A DNA stretch of 64,000 bases, from positions 1-64,000 of IMG/VR virus record IMGVR_UViG_3300035670_000143; one strand, written 5' to 3'. The position numbers and the translations under genes are program-made. Origin of the DNA: a virus. Below the pieces are notes generated by a model. It did not search any database and was not told the origin of the DNA. It was given only the letters and a program-made list of their open reading frames with translations. This document shows, piece by piece, positions 1-8,318 of this stretch; the stretch's first letter is position 1, and the number at the start of each line of letters is the position of its first letter.

Positions 1-2
1 AG

Positions 3-911
3 AATGGTGGTGGGGCAAATGTTTTCCTTAACTACTATGTTGGTGAAGGGGTGTGGGATATTGTTCCATCTTCTTGGTATACAAATGAACCTTTAATACC
101 ACCTACAACTACAACAACTGTCCCTGATACTACGACTACTACAAGCACCACTACTTCTACTACAACTACGACGACTTCTACTACAACCACGACTACAACG
201 ACAACAACTCAGCCTCCTCCCCCTCCACCACCCCCACCCCCAGCCCCAGAGGTGGTTTCTGCGCCAACCCCTGAACCGGATCCTGAACCCACTCCAGAGC
301 CTGAACCCACTCCAGAGCCTGAACCCGAACCCAGCCCTGAGCCAGAACCTACCCCCGAACCAGAACCTGAGCCAGTGCCAGAACCTGAGCCAGAACAGCC
401 CTCAGAGGCCCCTGAGGAGCCTTCTGAGCCTTCTATAGAAGAACCAGAGCCTTCCACGCCACCTGAGGAGTCTTCTGAGCCTGAGGAGCCTGTGGAGACA
501 CCAGAGGAAGAGCCGATTTCTGAGCCAGAACAGGAAGTTACTGCTGAGGAAATCGTAGCAGAAATTGAGAATATTGAAGTTAACAATTTAACAACTGAGC
601 AAATTAATAAAGTCTTTAGTGCTGAAGTTCTTGAGCAATTAACGAATGATCAGGTAGAAGAATTGATTTCGTCTATTGATGTTGAAGAACTGTCAGATGA
701 GCAGGCTGAGGCTTTAGCAGAACAACTCTCTGCTGCCCCAGAAAATGTTAAGAAAGAATTTGAGAGTCAAATAAATATATTTGGTGGTCAGTTTGATTCG
801 TATGTCGCAATCGGATCAAAGATCACAGTTGGAGAAAGAAGAGTCATTGTTGCTGTAGCGGCGGTCACCATGATTGCGCCAGCCCCAGTGATGGCTTCAA
901 GGAGAAAATAA
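3..911 (+). CDS. 5'-partial surface/secreted protein: probable end of a PA14-like domain, Thr-rich and Pro-Glu repeat stalk, acidic helical region, hydrophobic plus basic C-terminus
   Basis: Frame is open from base 3 ([26 protein letters not shown], like a PA14 C-terminus); poly-T, poly-P and (PE)n tracts; ends [24 protein letters not shown]. Confidence 0.7.
   Translation, partial: NGGGANVFLNYYVGEGVWDIVPSSWYTNEPLIPPTTTTTVPDTTTTTSTTTSTTTTTTSTTTTTTTTTTQPPPPPPPPPPAPEVVSAPTPEPDPEPTPEPEPTPEPEPEPSPEPEPTPEPEPEPVPEPEPEQPSEAPEEPSEPSIEEPEPSTPPEESSEPEEPVETPEEEPISEPEQEVTAEEIVAEIENIEVNNLTTEQINKVFSAEVLEQLTNDQVEELISSIDVEELSDEQAEALAEQLSAAPENVKKEFESQINIFGGQFDSYVAIGSKITVGERRVIVAVAAVTMIAPAPVMASRRK
105..530 (+). 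repeat. Low-complexity coding repeats (ACN Thr codons, then CCN-GAR Pro-Glu units)
   Basis: Degenerate actacaac and cctgagccagaa units seen directly. Confidence 0.9.
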
Positions 912-1096
912 TGAAAAATTTAATTAAAAGATTTTTTAAAGAATCTTATGCATTGATATGGACAATTGCTGGAACCGCCTTGGTTCTTATAACAATGTCT
1001 GGAGAAGTTTTGAAATATGCTTTATGGATAAGTGGTATTGGTCTTGCTGCACATTTCATTGGACTTCTTTTTATAAAGGAGGATAGTGATGAATAA
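911..1096 (+). CDS. Small two-TM membrane protein
   Basis: 61 aa, two hydrophobic segments, TAATG coupling to the upstream gene. Confidence 0.75.
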   Translation: MKNLIKRFFKESYALIWTIAGTALVLITMSGEVLKYALWISGIGLAAHFIGLLFIKEDSDE

Positions 1097-2324
1097 AATA
1101 AAATATGCTTTGATAGCAGGTCTTCTGCTTCTCATTCCGGCATCTGTGTCTGCTGAGAATATTTCTGGAACAGATCTTGAATCAGGTGATTTTTCTGCTT
1201 GGAATATAGGTGCTCAAACCGGTTCTTTGTCATCTGTGATAACGGGCCAGGGAACTGGCGTTACGATTATTAATGGAGAAGTAACTTTTAATGCACCAGC
1301 CGGTAATGAAATTGGTGATGATAGTACAGACTACTATCAGCCGCCTACTTTACCTACTGTATGGAAATTTTCTCCATATGGTCAATACGCTGCTGCATTG
1401 CAACCAAAAAATCAATCAACTTTTGATCAAGCAATCTCTAATTTAGGCTTGTCTAGTGATGAAAATAATTCTTTAAAAACACTCATGGCATCACAGGCCG
1501 CCGCTAGTGGATGGGGTTCTGGAAGACCTGAAGATGCTGCTTGGATTACAAAAAATGTAACTCTTAGTGCTGGTGTTGTATATACAATGTCTTGGAATTA
1601 TATTGGAACTGATTATGTTCCTTTTAATGATGGTTCTATAACTTCGTTAACACCTGTTGATGCTTCTTCATCTGCAATAGTTACTGTAAATAATCAAGAA
1701 CAAAAATATGCTTTGCTTGGTTTTACCAACCCTGGTACTGGAGATTACTCGACTGGAACATATGGTTCGACCGGTTGGCAAATCTCTACTTATGAAGTTT
1801 CTGCTGATGGAGAATATCTTCTTGGTTTTGCTGTATTTAACTTAGACGATATGGCCTTATCTCCGGTCCTTTTAGTTGATAGTCAACCTGGCGGGACAAT
1901 GAAAAATGATGAACCATTTGGTGCTGTTGCTCCAAATAACCCTGATGCCCCGACTGTTCCTCCGACCACCGAGGCTCCCACTACAACCATAGAGGAGACA
2001 ACTACGCAGGCTCCTGTGACTGAACCTCCGGTTGAGGAAACGACTACTACGACAGAACCTCAGCAATCTTATACACCCCCCGTGTATATACCTGAGACTA
2101 CCTATGTGACTACTACAGTAGAAACAACTTCCACGACCTCAGCACCGAGTATTGACATGCCTGTTGAGACAACATTGCCAATAGAAGAAGAAGTTTTTGA
2201 ATTGCCCAAAACTGGATCTAGTTCTTTGAATGTATTTTTGCTTGGCATTTTATTTATCGCCATAGGCTTATTTATTCTATATGGCAGGGATACTGCTAAA
2301 GAAGATTTTAGGAGAAAGATATGA
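1089..2324 (+). CDS. Secreted LPxTG cell-wall-anchored protein (sortase substrate)
   Basis: N-terminal signal peptide (..PASVSA), beta-rich domain, T/E/P-rich linker, LPKTG at 2202-2216, then TM helix and basic tail (FRRKI). Confidence 0.8.
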   Translation: MNKIKYALIAGLLLLIPASVSAENISGTDLESGDFSAWNIGAQTGSLSSVITGQGTGVTIINGEVTFNAPAGNEIGDDSTDYYQPPTLPTVWKFSPYGQYAAALQPKNQSTFDQAISNLGLSSDENNSLKTLMASQAAASGWGSGRPEDAAWITKNVTLSAGVVYTMSWNYIGTDYVPFNDGSITSLTPVDASSSAIVTVNNQEQKYALLGFTNPGTGDYSTGTYGSTGWQISTYEVSADGEYLLGFAVFNLDDMALSPVLLVDSQPGGTMKNDEPFGAVAPNNPDAPTVPPTTEAPTTTIEETTTQAPVTEPPVEETTTTTEPQQSYTPPVYIPETTYVTTTVETTSTTSAPSIDMPVETTLPIEEEVFELPKTGSSSLNVFLLGILFIAIGLFILYGRDTAKEDFRRKI

Positions 2325-2566
2325 GTTTATTAATGTTTAAAAAGGTTTCAACAAGAGTTTTTGCCTATTTCGTTATGACCGCCCTTGGAATGATAGGCAC
2401 TGGAACAATAGTAGGTATCAACATGTGGCAGGCCGCTTTGATGGCCGGCATTGCTGGTGTCGCAAATGTTGTTGAAGGTTTGGCTAGAGCATATGTTGGG
2501 GATGGTGTTTTAACTGTTGAAGAAGTTGATGAAGTCTTTAACGCCGCCCCTGTTAAAAAGGACTAA
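2321..2566 (+). CDS. Holin-like membrane protein
   Basis: 81 aa, two TM segments, directly upstream of the endolysin. Confidence 0.6.
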   Translation: MSLLMFKKVSTRVFAYFVMTALGMIGTGTIVGINMWQAALMAGIAGVANVVEGLARAYVGDGVLTVEEVDEVFNAAPVKKD

Positions 2567-2623
2567 TCTTTACATAAAAGCCCAAAAAGCGTAAAATATA
2601 ATTATATAAAGGAGTTGATAATT

Positions 2624-3373
2624 ATGGGAAGATCTTATACTGGATGGGACGGCAATGCTTCAGGAAAGCGTGCTGGGATGGAGGAATTCATCCGTCAAAC
2701 TTCTGCTCATTTTGGGAACGGAGTTTGGAATAATGGTTCATGGGTTGTTCGAAACATGAACAACAAAAATGTTAAAGCCAGACCGTCAGTTCATGGGACT
2801 GGCCGGGCTGCTGATATGTCTTGGCGTAAGTCTGGTGCGAAAGGGTTTGGTGATTATAACACAGCTCTCAAAGTCGTTGACTTTTGGGTTGCTAACGCTG
2901 AACTTTTTATGATTGAAGAAATTCATGATTATTTCCCCGGCCCATTTGGTCGTGGTTGGCGTTGTGATCGTTCGTCATGGCGTGTATACGATAAGCCGAC
3001 AATCGGCTCAGCGCCTGGCGGGGACTGGTTTCATGTAGAAATTGCGCCGGCCTATGCGGATAACGCTGATTACTATGTTCAGGCTTTTGCTGCAGCCACT
3101 AAAGGTGCTCCTGCTCCTAAGATAACTCCTGCTCCTGCAACCAAGGGTCTAGACATGTCTCCTTCTGGTGGTATGGTTTTTGCTTACCCTGGTAAGCCAG
3201 TTATTAAGGGTTCCAAGGGTGATGCTGTTAAACTGGTTCAGGCTGTTATTGGTGCTAAGCCTGATGGTGATTTCGGATCAAAAACAGAACAAGCGGTCAT
3301 GGCCTGGCAGAAGGCTAATGGGTTGAAGCCTGATGGTGTTGTTGGACCCGTTACTTGGGACAAGATGTTCTGA
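2624..3373 (+). CDS. Endolysin: M15-type Zn peptidase plus C-terminal peptidoglycan-binding domain
   Basis: SVHGTGRAAD (SxHxxGxAxD) and WFHVE motifs; DGDFGSKT..AV..WQ..GL..DGVVGPVTW; SD AAGGAG. Confidence 0.85.
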   Translation: MGRSYTGWDGNASGKRAGMEEFIRQTSAHFGNGVWNNGSWVVRNMNNKNVKARPSVHGTGRAADMSWRKSGAKGFGDYNTALKVVDFWVANAELFMIEEIHDYFPGPFGRGWRCDRSSWRVYDKPTIGSAPGGDWFHVEIAPAYADNADYYVQAFAAATKGAPAPKITPAPATKGLDMSPSGGMVFAYPGKPVIKGSKGDAVKLVQAVIGAKPDGDFGSKTEQAVMAWQKANGLKPDGVVGPVTWDKMF

Positions 3374-3735
3374 TGGATAGATTCTTCTATCAAGCAGATG
3401 TCTTAAAAATTGTAGATGGCGATACTCTTGACCTTATGATTGATCTTGGATTCGATGTACATCATAAGGTCAGAGTTCGTTTATATGGCCTGAATACACC
3501 AGAATCTAGAACCTCTGACGAGGAAGAGAAAAAACGTGGATTGCAAGCCAAAGATTTTACTCTTAATTGGGTAAAAGAGTCAGAAACAATATTTATACAG
3601 ACAATCAAAGATAAGACTGAAAAGTACGGCAGAATTTTAGCAAAAATTTATTCTGATGACAAGATGCAAAAATGTCTTAATGATGATCTTATTTCTAGTG
3701 GTAATGCTGTTGAATATTTTGGTGGTAAAAGATAA
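3373..3735 (+). CDS. Thermonuclease (SNase-like) family nuclease
   Basis: KIVDGDT..RVRLYGLNTPE..EKYGRILA motifs. Confidence 0.85.
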   Translation: MDRFFYQADVLKIVDGDTLDLMIDLGFDVHHKVRVRLYGLNTPESRTSDEEEKKRGLQAKDFTLNWVKESETIFIQTIKDKTEKYGRILAKIYSDDKMQKCLNDDLISSGNAVEYFGGKR

Positions 3736-3775
3736 TTAGCCATTTATATGGTATATAATTAATGAAGAGGTTTAT

Positions 3776-3853
3776 ATGAGACATAAGCATTGTGACTGCG
3801 GCTGTGAATGTGAAGAGCATTGTGACTGCGGATGCGAAGAATGTGATTGCTAG
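3776..3853 (+). CDS. 25 aa Cys/His-rich metallothionein-like peptide MRHKHCDCGCECEEHCDCGCEECDC (not in the ORF track)
   Basis: TATAAT 3754-3759, SD GAGG 3767-3770, ATG 3776, TAG 3851-3853; 9 Cys, 3 His. Confidence 0.7.
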   Translation: MRHKHCDCGCECEEHCDCGCEECDC

Positions 3854-3861
3854 GAAACAAT

Positions 3862-4767
3862 ATGGACTCAGTAAAGATTAATAACAGCAAAACATTAACA
3901 CTAACACTCCCGTCGGATCCAGAGTCGAACGCCGTGCAGGTTGACCTTTATCATGAGTTTGGTGATACGGTATCTGCAAATACTTCTGCTACAAGAAGTA
4001 GTTCTGGTGTCTACACCGTTACATATGGTCAACAAAGTTCTGGTATCTATACTCTCAATTCTTCTGGCGTTCATAAGGCCGTGTTTAGTTATACTGTTTC
4101 AGGTACTGAATATACACAAAGTCAATATTTTAATGTGTACACTCCTTATACAACCGAAGCTCTTTTTGACGCAGAGTTTCCTGAGTTAGCAAATTCGCTA
4201 GTTACTAGTTTTGATACTTATGAGTCAAAAGCAAGAAATATTATTGATACATATTGTGGTCAAAGTTTTGGGTATTATGATGATAAATCAATTACAGTTG
4301 ATGGAAACAACCATAACATACTTCACTTACCAGTTCCAATAAGAACGCTTAGAAAGGTAACAGTTGATCCTGGTGAATCTACTGAAGAGGTTATTCACGA
4401 TTCATCCGACAGCACCCTTTTGAATATTGAAAAGGTTAGAAGTAATCTGTCGGACTCTACTTATTTTGTTCGCTTCAAGGCTGACTCTGAGCAGCCAACA
4501 AGAAAGTTTAAAGAGTATTCATCCTACAAAATAGAAGGTGACTTCGGCTGGCCCTATGTTCCAGATAATGTTGATCAAGCCTCAAGGCTACTGATCGCAG
4601 ATCTTGTAACAGATGACTCAGCCTATAGAAGGCATGGAATTTATAGTGTTGATATGGATATTATTAAATATCGCACAAAAGATTCATTCTACGAATCAAC
4701 GGGGAATATTGAAGTAGATACATTATTGATGGACTACACAATGTTTATTATGGATTATGTGGTGTGA
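3862..4767 (+). CDS. Head-to-tail adaptor/connector with N-terminal Ig-like extension
   Basis: ARNIIDTYCGQSF and FGWPYVPDNVDQASRLLI motifs; position before the tail genes. Confidence 0.7.
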   Translation: MDSVKINNSKTLTLTLPSDPESNAVQVDLYHEFGDTVSANTSATRSSSGVYTVTYGQQSSGIYTLNSSGVHKAVFSYTVSGTEYTQSQYFNVYTPYTTEALFDAEFPELANSLVTSFDTYESKARNIIDTYCGQSFGYYDDKSITVDGNNHNILHLPVPIRTLRKVTVDPGESTEEVIHDSSDSTLLNIEKVRSNLSDSTYFVRFKADSEQPTRKFKEYSSYKIEGDFGWPYVPDNVDQASRLLIADLVTDDSAYRRHGIYSVDMDIIKYRTKDSFYESTGNIEVDTLLMDYTMFIMDYVV

Positions 4768-5165
4768 TGGCAATAGACAGATCAACATATTTGAGATGGG
4801 TTCATACTGCTGATATATATACAAGAACTACTACTGAAAACGCAGCAGGCCAGTTGTCTGTTACCTTTACTTTTAGTCAAACTGTCCCCGCCTATTTACA
4901 GATTCCAACCACTCAGTCTACCGGTGGGTCAATACGTCTTAATCCATACCAGGAAAACATGCAAGTGTTTGAGATGTTTATCCCTGGCTCATTCCAGTCC
5001 TACATAAAATTTGATAATTTAGTAAAAGATATAAAAGATAGATACGGGAATGTCCTAGAAACTGGTCCGTTTCAAATAATCGCTGTTCATCCAAAATTTG
5101 GATGGGGTGGTAAGAAGCATCATGTTTCATGCGTACTCAAGAAGGAGATTGAGAAGCGTGCCTAA
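4767..5165 (+). CDS. Head-to-tail stopper/closure protein
   Basis: Size, synteny, HH motif near the C-terminus. Confidence 0.55.
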   Translation: MAIDRSTYLRWVHTADIYTRTTTENAAGQLSVTFTFSQTVPAYLQIPTTQSTGGSIRLNPYQENMQVFEMFIPGSFQSYIKFDNLVKDIKDRYGNVLETGPFQIIAVHPKFGWGGKKHHVSCVLKKEIEKRA

Positions 5166-5457
5166 GTTTTCAATCAATTCTAATCATAAAGAAGGTTTAG
5201 ATTGCTTGTCTTTTATTCCAATTGATATTATTTCTAAAATGGCTAAGTCTGCGGTCGAAGTTAAAGAAGCGATGGAAGAGTTTCTTGAGCAAGATCAATA
5301 TAGTGAAGTGAATTTATCTATTGACGCAGAAGGTAGTTTTGAAGTTACAGGTACTTCTTACTCTGTTAGAGATGAATTTGGTATCGGTCAACAAGCTAAT
5401 AATATTATAAATGATAATATTAATAATATTAAGCTGGGTGATAAGTATGGCAGTTAG
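5158..5457 (+). CDS. Hypothetical neck-region protein
   Basis: GTG start 8 nt after AAGGAG-containing region; synteny. Confidence 0.5.
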   Translation: MPKFSINSNHKEGLDCLSFIPIDIISKMAKSAVEVKEAMEEFLEQDQYSEVNLSIDAEGSFEVTGTSYSVRDEFGIGQQANNIINDNINNIKLGDKYGS

Positions 5458-5863
5458 CGTCTATGACATAAATACATATGTAAAGAATCATAGTAGTGTT
5501 TCTAACGTCGCTGGCAAAGTGATGAGCTTCTTTCCCATCGTTGCAACGGGTAGTCCAGAGCCTCCCTATGTTGTGTACTACTACAGGCCAGACATAAAGA
5601 ACGTGGAGGCATACTGGCAAAGATGCGACCTAGTGCGCTACTCAGTTTTTGATTCGGATATCGACAGGATGTATCAGATATCAGAAAAGATTATAGACCT
5701 TCTTGGCTCTGGCGATCAGATCGCCCAGCCAGGGGGTGTCGCTGGCAGTAATGTCAGAATACAGTCTTCGTATATGGTTAGTTCCAGCGAAGCCCCAGCG
5801 CTAGAAAAAGACGGCATATTTAGGATCAATTTGGACTTTAAAATAATGTCGGTTTCTAGATAG
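5447..5863 (+). CDS. Tail terminator-like protein
   Basis: PPYVVY motif, size, position before the major tail protein. Confidence 0.55.
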   Translation: MAVSVYDINTYVKNHSSVSNVAGKVMSFFPIVATGSPEPPYVVYYYRPDIKNVEAYWQRCDLVRYSVFDSDIDRMYQISEKIIDLLGSGDQIAQPGGVAGSNVRIQSSYMVSSSEAPALEKDGIFRINLDFKIMSVSR

Positions 5864-5883
5864 TTGTGGTAAAATTAAAAAAT

Positions 5884-6078
5884 ATGAAGTATAATAGTAT
5901 TACATACATTGGAAAGAATTCATCTTTTACTACCCGAATTGGTGGGAGGGTTTATGATTTCGAATGGCAAAAAGGTTTGGGAATAGGCAGACGAAAGGAT
6001 GAAATTCATCCTGACCATGCTAAAAAAATCGCCAAATGGCGTGATAAAAACGGAAAGAGGATGTTTATCCTCGAATAG
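5884..6078 (+). CDS. Small basic hypothetical protein, probably leaderless
   Basis: TGGTAAAAT 5867-5875 ends 8 nt before ATG 5884. Confidence 0.6.
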   Translation: MKYNSITYIGKNSSFTTRIGGRVYDFEWQKGLGIGRRKDEIHPDHAKKIAKWRDKNGKRMFILE

Positions 6079-6089
6079 GAGGAACTAAA

Positions 6090-6671
6090 ATGGCAGTTAA
6101 TGTTGCTAACATTGTGGTCGGTGAGGCTACTCTGAAGATTGGTGATTCCGCCAACGCTACAACTATTGCAGCAATGGATGCTTTCGATGATATCGGAGCT
6201 ACCCAGAACGGCGTGGAAATCACTTGGGAACCGGACATGGTGGACATTGAGATCGACCAGTACGGTGATGCTGCTAAGTTGATTCAGTCTAAGGTTAAGG
6301 TAATGGTCAAGACGACTCTTGCCGAGGCTACCCTCAACAACCTTGCTCTTGCTTGGAACTATGATTCTGTTGGGGCTACTACGACTGACATCTTGGCTAA
6401 CAACGATGGTGCAAACACTAAGACGTTCATGTTCGGTGGACAGAGCGTTTTCCCGTATGAGAAGGCTCTTGTTATTACTGGATCGGCTCCCGGTTCGGAT
6501 GCTTCAACCACCAAGACCCGTAAGTTCTACACGAAGCGAGCTGTTTCGATGGCTTCGACTGCTCTCACCATGAAGAGAGCAGAGGCTTCCGTGTTTGCTG
6601 TGGAATTCAGAATTCTCCCGAAGACTGAAGATACTGGTTACGAGTACGGTAAGATTGTCGATCAGACCTGA
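6090..6671 (+). CDS. Major tail tube protein
   Basis: Strong SD AGGAGG; DIGATQNGVEITWEP..IDQ..TTLAEATLNNL..YGKIVD pattern; synteny. Confidence 0.85.
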   Translation: MAVNVANIVVGEATLKIGDSANATTIAAMDAFDDIGATQNGVEITWEPDMVDIEIDQYGDAAKLIQSKVKVMVKTTLAEATLNNLALAWNYDSVGATTTDILANNDGANTKTFMFGGQSVFPYEKALVITGSAPGSDASTTKTRKFYTKRAVSMASTALTMKRAEASVFAVEFRILPKTEDTGYEYGKIVDQT

Positions 6672-6696
6672 TCTTAATACAATTTAATTAAAATGG

Positions 6697-6735
6697 AAAC
6701 CTCAGGTGTGATAAAATACACCTGAGGTTTTCTTT
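6697..6735 (+). terminator. 13 bp perfect hairpin plus U-tract after the tail tube gene; the loop carries an extended -10 box
   Basis: AAACCTCAGGTGT-gataaaat-ACACCTGAGGTTT-tcttt; TGTGATAAAAT 6707-6717. Confidence 0.8.
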
Positions 6736-7482
6736 ATGATTTTATTAATTGCTGGGCTTCCTGGCGCTGGTAAAACAGCACTAGCTGAACAACTTGTATA
6801 CAAGATAAACGCAACTCATTTGAATGGCGATGAGGTTAGAGCAGGTATCAACTCTGACCTTGGTTTCTCAGAGAAAGATAGAATTGAGCAAGCCCGTCGT
6901 ATGGGTGAAATGGCTCGTCTTTTGTCACGACAGGGGCATATTGTTGTGGTTGATTTTGTTTGTCCTACTAATAAAACTAGAGATGCCTTTGGAAAAACTG
7001 ATGCTTTTATCTGGGTTGATAGAATAAAACAATCAAGATATGAAGATACAAATCAAATGTGGGAAGACCCTATCGCTGATCTAGTAATCCCAGGCGGGCT
7101 AACTATTGATAACGAAGTTGATACTGTTATTTCACATTTTGGCCTCCACGACTGGTCTCAGCCAACAGCTCTTTTGCTGGGTAGATACCAGCCTTGGCAT
7201 GAAGGTCATGGCGCGCTCAGAGACTTTGCTCTACAAGATTCACCACAGGCTGTAATCGGTGTAAGAAGCACATATGGAACTTCTAATAAAGATCCTTTAA
7301 GATATGAAGAAGTAAAGTCATATATAAAAGAAAAAGTTAATAATCCATTCATAATAAAAATGCCTAATATTACTAGAATTGTATATGGGAGAGATGTCGG
7401 CTATTCTATTGAAAAAGCCAATCTTGGTGAAGAAATTGAATTAATATCTGCAACTCAGAAAAGAAAAGAATTGGGTATATAG
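6736..7482 (+). CDS. cysC: Adenylylsulfate-kinase-like P-loop kinase fused to an HxGH nucleotidyltransferase domain
   Basis: GLPGAGKT, LNGDEVR..DLGFSEKDR (CysC-like); C-terminal LGRYQPWHEGH..ISAT. Confidence 0.7.
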   Translation: MILLIAGLPGAGKTALAEQLVYKINATHLNGDEVRAGINSDLGFSEKDRIEQARRMGEMARLLSRQGHIVVVDFVCPTNKTRDAFGKTDAFIWVDRIKQSRYEDTNQMWEDPIADLVIPGGLTIDNEVDTVISHFGLHDWSQPTALLLGRYQPWHEGHGALRDFALQDSPQAVIGVRSTYGTSNKDPLRYEEVKSYIKEKVNNPFIIKMPNITRIVYGRDVGYSIEKANLGEEIELISATQKRKELGI

Positions 7483-7568
7483 ATTTTTTTACACATTTAT
7501 ATGATTGTGATACTATATTGTTAGGTCTTGTACCAAAGATCTTTAAATAATCAAAATATCGTTTACCT

Positions 7569-7619
7569 GAAAGACTCTCGGCTATTAGATGTGATATAAT
7601 CTTTAGCTGAGAGTCTTTC
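7569..7619 (+). promoter_or_regulatory. 16 bp inverted repeat (one G-U pair) enclosing extended -10 TGTGATATAAT
   Basis: GAAAGACTCTCGGCTA 7569-7584 / TAGCTGAGAGTCTTTC 7604-7619; box at 7590-7600. Confidence 0.7.
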
Positions 7620-7645
7620 TCTATTATCTAACCTAGGAGGATATT

Positions 7646-7948
7646 TTGACTAAGAATAAAGACCTTTTCGCTGGTACAGAGATTCTGTTCGCAGACGGAA
7701 AGACAAGAGTAATTAAGCCGCTGACTATTAGACAGTTAAGAAAGTTTATGAAGGCGGTTAAGGATTTGAACACTGAAGAGGGTATTTCGGATGAGGATAT
7801 CGATGTCATGATCGAAGCCGCTGCTATTGCTCTTGCAACTGTTGATCCCGAACTCGCTGAAGACCCCGATGCTCTTGAAGATATTTTAGATCTTCGTTCA
7901 TTCGGTGAACTGATGTCAGCAGCAATGGGTTCAGACCCTTCCTTGTAG
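7646..7948 (+). CDS. Tail assembly chaperone (gpG-like)
   Basis: SD AGGAGG plus TTG start; IKPLTIRQLRKF motif; between tail tube and tape measure. Confidence 0.8.
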   Translation: MTKNKDLFAGTEILFADGKTRVIKPLTIRQLRKFMKAVKDLNTEEGISDEDIDVMIEAAAIALATVDPELAEDPDALEDILDLRSFGELMSAAMGSDPSL

Positions 7949-8271
7949 ACGAGGAGGGGGTGGATGAGGGAACCCCTTGGGAAGATCTACCCCTCCTCAA
8001 ATACGAATCAGAAATTTTTGTAAAAACTGGTGCTTGGAATAGCATAGAACATTTAGAGTCATCTCTCATTCTAAATGAACTTTTTTTACTTTATAGAGCT
8101 TGCATGAATGAAACCAGTACGGCAATGAAGATTGCTGCGGCATCTCAGGGTGCAGAAGTAGACTTTGATGACGACTGGTACAATGAGGAAGTCAAGCAGA
8201 AAACTGCTGCGTCTGCCTTCGATATCAGTCAAATACCAATAGGTCTTGGATATCAAACAACTCCTAGTTAA
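7936..8271 (+). CDS. Second tail assembly chaperone ORF (gpT-like), probably reached by -1 frameshift
   Basis: The -1 frame is open across the end of the first ORF; candidate slip site C-CCT-TCC 7936-7942. Confidence 0.65.
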   Translation, partial: PFLVDEEGVDEGTPWEDLPLLKYESEIFVKTGAWNSIEHLESSLILNELFLLYRACMNETSTAMKIAAASQGAEVDFDDDWYNEEVKQKTAASAFDISQIPIGLGYQTTPS

Positions 8272-8318
8272 TATTGCTTTTATTCTGGGAATATGCAATA
8301 ATTGTATTGGTAAACGGT

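Noticed and set aside
209-586. Minus-strand Gly/Ser-rich ORF
   Set aside because: Antisense shadow of the Pro-Glu repeat
3787-3831. 16 nt direct repeat AGCATTGTGACTGCGG as a possible mini-CRISPR
   Set aside because: Only two copies with a 14 nt gap, and in frame with the Cys-rich peptide
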